A stretch of 64,000 nucleotides of DNA from an uncultured virus (IMG/VR IMGVR_UViG_3300023175_000022). Lineage: Duplodnaviria; Heunggongvirae; Uroviricota; Caudoviricetes. Numbering within the stretch: the stretch's first letter is position 1; every line of letters begins with the position of its first letter. Below the pieces are notes generated by a model. The model made no database searches, was not told the origin of the DNA, and saw only the letters and a list, made by a program, of their open reading frames with translations. Both the position numbers and the translations under genes were made by a program. Below, piece after piece: positions 58,770 through 64,000 of this stretch. The DNA lies in IMG/VR virus record IMGVR_UViG_3300023175_000022. The stretch is one strand, 5' to 3'.

Positions 58770-60890
58770 ATGTCAGACAAATTATTTACTGGGTTACAGC
58801 TACCGCATTTAGCTAATAGTCAAGCTCGAGCCTCAGATGATGGTTTTCTGAGGCTTTATTTTAAAAATGATGATCTTTATGCAGTAAATACATCCGGTGG
58901 GGATAATCGCCTCACCGGTGATTTTCTTGATGTCGGTCTAATAGACTCATCAAATGTTTCATCAAATGTAGTTTCGTCTGTTAGTTCTCTCAGATTTGGC
59001 ACAGATGGCGGCTTTACAGTCGAAGATCTGGGTTCAGGTCAAGTCAAAGTTAGTCTAAACTCTACCTTTAAATATTGGTCAGTCGCGGGCCAAAACACTG
59101 TTATTGCCGAAGGCCTTGACACTGTTGAACTCGTTGCTGGCGAAAATATTATTATTACTACCAACGCATCAGCAAAAAGCGTTGAGTTTAGTACATCAAA
59201 TACCCTCGCTGAAATTGTTATATCAGAAACGTCTCCCGCGGGCGCCAGTGTGGGCGATTTGTGGTTTGATCCAAGCAATCTAAAAACCTACATATACTAT
59301 GATGATAGTTCATCAACACAGTGGGTTGAGATAGGTGGATCGACCGTTGTCAGTACAACAGGCTCTATCAGCGATGCGAATCTGATATACGATGGTGTGA
59401 TATCAGAGCATCTCATACCAGATACAGATGTGACATATGATTTAGGTTCTGCTAATAATAGATTTAGAGATTTGTATTTGTCGGGTAATACAATTTATCT
59501 TGGCGATACAACTTTTTCAACAGATAAAATACTCGACTTCGATTTAGCTATCGATCCAGAAGTTTTTAGAATCAACGTAGATTTCCCGCTAGCTGGTCAT
59601 GGTTATTCTCCAAATAATTGGAAATGGACGTGGGATGCAGGTCGAGTTGCATACACACGATTGGCGATAAGAGGTATTGATCAAGCGAGTGTTCCTCTCT
59701 ATGCCACTGGGGAATATACTGTGTTCAATTTTGCTGCGCATGAAATGACTGGCAATATGACACAGACTCATAAAATATATTTAAAGTGGATTGAAGGTGC
59801 TGGTTTAGATAACGTACCAACTTGGTCGACCTCGACACTCAATGTGACTGGTATATCTCATCCTCAAATCAGAGGCGGAGCAACAACAGAAGTACAAAGA
59901 CTATTCATCGATATTCCTGATGTAATAACTCCTCCCACTCTCGTAGCTCCCAATGTAGAATACGATGTATCAGTTTTAAATATCGGAGCCTTTACTTTTT
60001 CAAACACGGCGATGGGTGATAATCCTACACTCGGTCCTGTGTATCGAGGCGGTACATATACATTCAATCTCGACGTCAGCGGTCACCCATTCTATCTGAC
60101 AACTGATAACGGCAATAACTTTTCTTCAGGTACCTATTACGGTGAATATACTGATGGTGTCACTGGCTCTCGAAATCAAACTGGTACACTCGTTCTAAAC
60201 GTAGCTAATGACGCACCTAATACTATATTCTATCAGTGTGGTGTACACTCGAGTATGAGAGGAGAAATTGAAGTCAGAGATCTCGAAGTTGAAACGTGGC
60301 CTAATGGCAATTATAAACTATATTTCCAACACGATCAAGAAGGACATTCTACACCTGTAGAAATTAAACCAAAACCAACGATTAATGACATCGATAATGT
60401 TTGTTTGATATATGACGGTGCTCACTCTAAATTTAAAGTAAAGGATATGGGCGAATACGTAGACGATACTGTTCAGTTTCAGTCTAAAATTGAAGATATC
60501 GTAACAACGCAGACAGTGAATAATGTGACTGCTAATCAGGTGAGTACACAAATCAGAGACGAAATCGAGTATGTAATTAACTCTCACACAACAGGCATTC
60601 TCGATATCCTGACTGGTACGAAGAGATGGTACGCACCTTACAATATTACTATTACAGAAATTACTGCAAATTTGGGTGTAGCGGCAGATGATATAGTAAC
60701 CGCAGTAATTAATTCAGGAGGTTCAACTCTACAAACTATAAATATAACCGCAGGACAACAATCTACGTCTTTAACTGGCCTCAGTTTATCAGTATTAAAT
60801 GGTGGGTATTTAACTATTGATGTGACAGCAGTTGGTACAACAAATAAAGGCGAAGATTTGTATATACAAATAAAATATAGGAGAACATGA
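58770..60890 (+). CDS. Fibre/virion protein with a cupredoxin-like domain
   Basis: P....GDLWFD......IYY.D..S.QWV, LIPDTD.TYDLGSA..RFRDLYLSG.TI.LG, GHPF...FYQCGVHSSMRG. Confidence 0.8.
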   Translation: MSDKLFTGLQLPHLANSQARASDDGFLRLYFKNDDLYAVNTSGGDNRLTGDFLDVGLIDSSNVSSNVVSSVSSLRFGTDGGFTVEDLGSGQVKVSLNSTFKYWSVAGQNTVIAEGLDTVELVAGENIIITTNASAKSVEFSTSNTLAEIVISETSPAGASVGDLWFDPSNLKTYIYYDDSSSTQWVEIGGSTVVSTTGSISDANLIYDGVISEHLIPDTDVTYDLGSANNRFRDLYLSGNTIYLGDTTFSTDKILDFDLAIDPEVFRINVDFPLAGHGYSPNNWKWTWDAGRVAYTRLAIRGIDQASVPLYATGEYTVFNFAAHEMTGNMTQTHKIYLKWIEGAGLDNVPTWSTSTLNVTGISHPQIRGGATTEVQRLFIDIPDVITPPTLVAPNVEYDVSVLNIGAFTFSNTAMGDNPTLGPVYRGGTYTFNLDVSGHPFYLTTDNGNNFSSGTYYGEYTDGVTGSRNQTGTLVLNVANDAPNTIFYQCGVHSSMRGEIEVRDLEVETWPNGNYKLYFQHDQEGHSTPVEIKPKPTINDIDNVCLIYDGAHSKFKVKDMGEYVDDTVQFQSKIEDIVTTQTVNNVTANQVSTQIRDEIEYVINSHTTGILDILTGTKRWYAPYNITITEITANLGVAADDIVTAVINSGGSTLQTINITAGQQSTSLTGLSLSVLNGGYLTIDVTAVGTTNKGEDLYIQIKYRRT

Positions 60891-61126
60891 TGGAGTTTAT
60901 TATCGAAGAAAATTTAGATAATCCATCTGAACAAGAAAAATACTTTGCTACGCTCGAAGATGGCGAAGCCAAAATATATCGTATTAGTCTTGAAGATTCT
61001 TCTCATACACTTTTAATGGTACAACCATGGTATCCAGCGACAAATGGAACTCGAGTGCCATGGGATGATTTAAATCAAGTGGTCAATTGGTATCAAGAGA
61101 TCACTACCGGAGAGCAAAATGCCTAA
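60887..61126 (+). CDS. Hypothetical protein
   Basis: 79 aa, overlapping neighbours at both ends; SD AGGAG. Confidence 0.65.
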   Translation: MMEFIIEENLDNPSEQEKYFATLEDGEAKIYRISLEDSSHTLLMVQPWYPATNGTRVPWDDLNQVVNWYQEITTGEQNA

Positions 61127-62924
61127 GATTAAAGATCCACATCGCAATATAATTGCTGTCCTAGAAGATCCACGACCTGGCAGAAATCAAATATATTTTT
61201 ATGGAGATGCTCATGATAAAACAACTCTATCTCCTATTTTTAATAAGCACGCAAAATTTGGTACAGGTTTTCAGCCAATAACAAGGCATGGTTATTCTAC
61301 GTGGGGAGGAATTAATGCTGGCGGTATGCATGGCGGTGTACTTGCAACATCAAAAGAATGTGTAACAATGAATGGCACTACCACTACTGGTAATAGTGTT
61401 CAATGTAATATTATGCCTGGACCAATTATGTCAATGGATCCGGATCGACCATACAGACCTGCGATGTGGACAACTGAAAATGGTATTACTAGCTTAATAC
61501 TGAGTTCTACGAGTGGTGCTTCATATTCACGTGAACACAAATATTGGTCTAATATTAGTGTTGATGCAGAAATCAGCGAAGTTTCTATCACTGGCGGATT
61601 TTCCTATAGCAACGGGCCCGGAGGATATACTGAAATAAATCATCCAGGTGAAGTTTTATATAAAATGCCTGGAACCAATTATTATTCAGGAGTTTATCAT
61701 AGAGATGGAGGTGCACAAAGAGGTAATGTGAGAGGAAATTTCCATCGGGTTGGTTTAATGAGAGCAGGTCCATTTCCACAATGGACATCAACTGATATTG
61801 GTTCTCGCCGAGATTATAACTTCTTTCAGTTTATTGGACCATCTGATATAGATGATAGACCAATTTGGTTACTCACTGATTATCGCTATGACCGTCTGCA
61901 TTATATATTAAGACATAATGTAGATCTTAATACAGAAACAGTATTACATACTTTTAATACTATACCTTCTGCTTCTGGTAATAATTATGGCGGTGAACGA
62001 TCTATGTCGACTGGCTTAGATCAGCAACATAAAGCGTCATCAAAGGTATTCGATGATGTTTTAAGTGCAGGTAATAAAGCTTGGTATACACCGTATTTTG
62101 ATACAAGCAATAATTATTTTCCATTCTATTTCCAATGGGAAAAATCTACAGATACATTTGTAAGGAATGAAGATGTAACAGTTAGCGGAGATTTAAGTTC
62201 TACATATCTCAACGACGGTTTAGGTATTCAAGGCGGCGACGGCTGTTTTAATTCTATGCTGTATAATGAAGTTCATTCATATGGTGGAAACAAATATATT
62301 ACCCTATTCCCTCTCGAAGGATCATATGCAGCTCATGACTCTGTACCCGGAGGCCGCACATTTGTAACATACTCGATTGATGCGGCTAATCCAAAAGCAT
62401 TAACACATCATAGCCATGAAATTGCAACACATACAATTAGAAATATTATATGGTTAAACGATTCGCGAACTCTTTTGGGTGTTTTCCACTATTCTAATTT
62501 TGCTATCTACAATTTTGATGCTGTAAATGGTTGGACAGAATCCGGCCGCATACCATATGGGCTAGGTAGTGTAGGCAGAGATTCTACAGATAGAATTTTT
62601 GCTTTTGTTAATGAAGGAGATTCATACGGAACAATTCACCAAATAACTCCGACTGTTCCGATTAATGTGACAATTACACCTGCACAAGCTTCTTATAATT
62701 ATACCGGATCAAATATTAATTCAACTATTGCAGTTAGTGCATTTGGTATAGATGGTAATAGAATCGCTACAACAGTAAATCTATCGATTAATGGTTCTAC
62801 TCTTACATTTAGTGGAGGAGCTACTACTACATCTATCACTACATCATCGAGCGCTGATACCAATGTTGATATCGTAGTTACTGGAGCTGGACTTTCTGAT
62901 ATCCTAGCAAACATTGATGTGTAA
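61119..62924 (+). CDS. Hypothetical virion protein (beta-rich, C-terminal Ig-like region)
   Basis: 601-aa ORF with SD GGAG; beta-strand composition. Confidence 0.7.
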   Translation: MPKIKDPHRNIIAVLEDPRPGRNQIYFYGDAHDKTTLSPIFNKHAKFGTGFQPITRHGYSTWGGINAGGMHGGVLATSKECVTMNGTTTTGNSVQCNIMPGPIMSMDPDRPYRPAMWTTENGITSLILSSTSGASYSREHKYWSNISVDAEISEVSITGGFSYSNGPGGYTEINHPGEVLYKMPGTNYYSGVYHRDGGAQRGNVRGNFHRVGLMRAGPFPQWTSTDIGSRRDYNFFQFIGPSDIDDRPIWLLTDYRYDRLHYILRHNVDLNTETVLHTFNTIPSASGNNYGGERSMSTGLDQQHKASSKVFDDVLSAGNKAWYTPYFDTSNNYFPFYFQWEKSTDTFVRNEDVTVSGDLSSTYLNDGLGIQGGDGCFNSMLYNEVHSYGGNKYITLFPLEGSYAAHDSVPGGRTFVTYSIDAANPKALTHHSHEIATHTIRNIIWLNDSRTLLGVFHYSNFAIYNFDAVNGWTESGRIPYGLGSVGRDSTDRIFAFVNEGDSYGTIHQITPTVPINVTITPAQASYNYTGSNINSTIAVSAFGIDGNRIATTVNLSINGSTLTFSGGATTTSITTSSSADTNVDIVVTGAGLSDILANIDV

Positions 62925-62926
62925 AT

Positions 62927-64000
62927 ATGGCTGCATCTACAACTACTGCCTATTCATTTTTATCAAACGATTATCGTGACGATAATACTTTAGGCGTACC
63001 GTACAAAGGTACATCAATTAGATCTACGAGAACTGGCTTAGATCTTCAATCACAAGGCACGCAGCAATTTAAACTATATATTGGAGACGACGAGCCCACT
63101 GTCACCGCTCAAATGGGTGGTTATCGATTAGATACTGAAGGAAATAGAACTCTGCAAGGATTTGTCAATGCTCATAGTGCTATGAGTCATCTTGATATTT
63201 CCAATCACACTTCAGGCGGCACGATCAATGATTTTTATATTAATACTAATTGGACTGCCGTCAATAGAAATACTATTGATGGTTTAAGTTGTATCGATCT
63301 ATCTGCAACCGCTAGTATTTCTAATTCAACAACTACTACTTTACCTCAAAATTATACACTGTTTTGTGTATGGTATCCACGTGTTTCGAATAGCGGTTGG
63401 AGAACATTGTGGCGTGGTAATAATGACCATAAGGTCATCGTAAATAATAATGCTACAGATTTGGGTATGTATTCTAATCGTAATGGAGCATTTAGAGACA
63501 CAGGTTATAACATCTCTATTCAATGGCAATCTTTAATTGTAGTTGGCAATGGATCTAGCGCTACGTCATATAGTGGTACTCAAACATTTTATGTAAATGG
63601 CACAAATGTTGGCACTACAGATCGAGTCGGTAGCGGTACAACAATTGATATTTTTGGTTGGTCAGGTCAAAATCCCGGATATTTTAGAGAAATCGGTGTA
63701 TTGGGCGAGGCACTATCGACAACAGATGTTGCAACTCTCGAGGCATTTTTATCCGGATCAGTTTCAGGAAATACTGCAGTTACACACTTTTCTTCTCCTT
63801 TAGCAGCAGATCAAAGTTTGATAGAATATAGTTCAAATACATTTACTCAATTTACACACAACAATATATTAAATGTACTAAAACCGTCAACTACTAGTAT
63901 AATAAGTACTGTACCAGAACCAGAATTTTCATTTGATAAAACAATCCGAATTACTGCAGCTAATAAAATTCAACCAACTCTACAAAGCGGAGGAGGTAGC
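62927..64000 (+). CDS. Virion protein with LamG/concanavalin-like domain (runs off the window end)
   Basis: Open from ATG 62927: YTLFCVW...WRTLWR, WQSLIVV...TFYVNG..VG, GYFREIGV...ALS..DV. Confidence 0.65.
   Translation, partial: MAASTTTAYSFLSNDYRDDNTLGVPYKGTSIRSTRTGLDLQSQGTQQFKLYIGDDEPTVTAQMGGYRLDTEGNRTLQGFVNAHSAMSHLDISNHTSGGTINDFYINTNWTAVNRNTIDGLSCIDLSATASISNSTTTTLPQNYTLFCVWYPRVSNSGWRTLWRGNNDHKVIVNNNATDLGMYSNRNGAFRDTGYNISIQWQSLIVVGNGSSATSYSGTQTFYVNGTNVGTTDRVGSGTTIDIFGWSGQNPGYFREIGVLGEALSTTDVATLEAFLSGSVSGNTAVTHFSSPLAADQSLIEYSSNTFTQFTHNNILNVLKPSTTSIISTVPEPEFSFDKTIRITAANKIQPTLQSGGGS

Noticed and set aside
1..64000. tRNA or rRNA genes
   Set aside because: Intergenic gaps are very short and no cloverleaf or T-loop pattern was seen.

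Overview
A 64-kb, AT-rich segment of a large T4-like myovirus with the marine cyanophage/pelagiphage-type layout, covering most of the virion morphogenesis region. Gene order: 3' end of gp32; a leftward block (gp4, gp2, tail-tube-like gp54, gp26, gp51-like, tape-measure/hub-like); then rightward gp48, gp53, gp27-like hub, gp5, a second HxH spike-like protein, gp25, gp6, gp7, gp8, two large virion proteins and fibre genes. An accessory island follows, with a Tyr/Pro/Gln repeat protein, three 2OG-Fe(II)/JmjC oxygenases plus a DUF6065-like gene, a holin/spanin cassette and more fibres. Then come gp13-gp20 and a further fibre island (collagen, coiled coil, cupredoxin-like, LamG-like) directly after the portal gene. 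T4 late-promoter boxes (TATAAATA) recur throughout, and the spanins imply a Gram-negative host. Most striking observations: (1) the 636-aa protein at 33338-35248 is a 'protein palindrome' whose outbound and return repeat arms match motif for motif, pointing to a single-chain ~490-aa antiparallel beta-ribbon adhesin encoded beside candidate protein hydroxylases; (2) a T-TTT-TTT slippery site joins gp26 to an ATG-less gp51-like frame just upstream of the tape-measure-like gene, resembling the lambda G/GT -1 frameshift. All family assignments come from motifs recognised by eye and from synteny; no searches were run.
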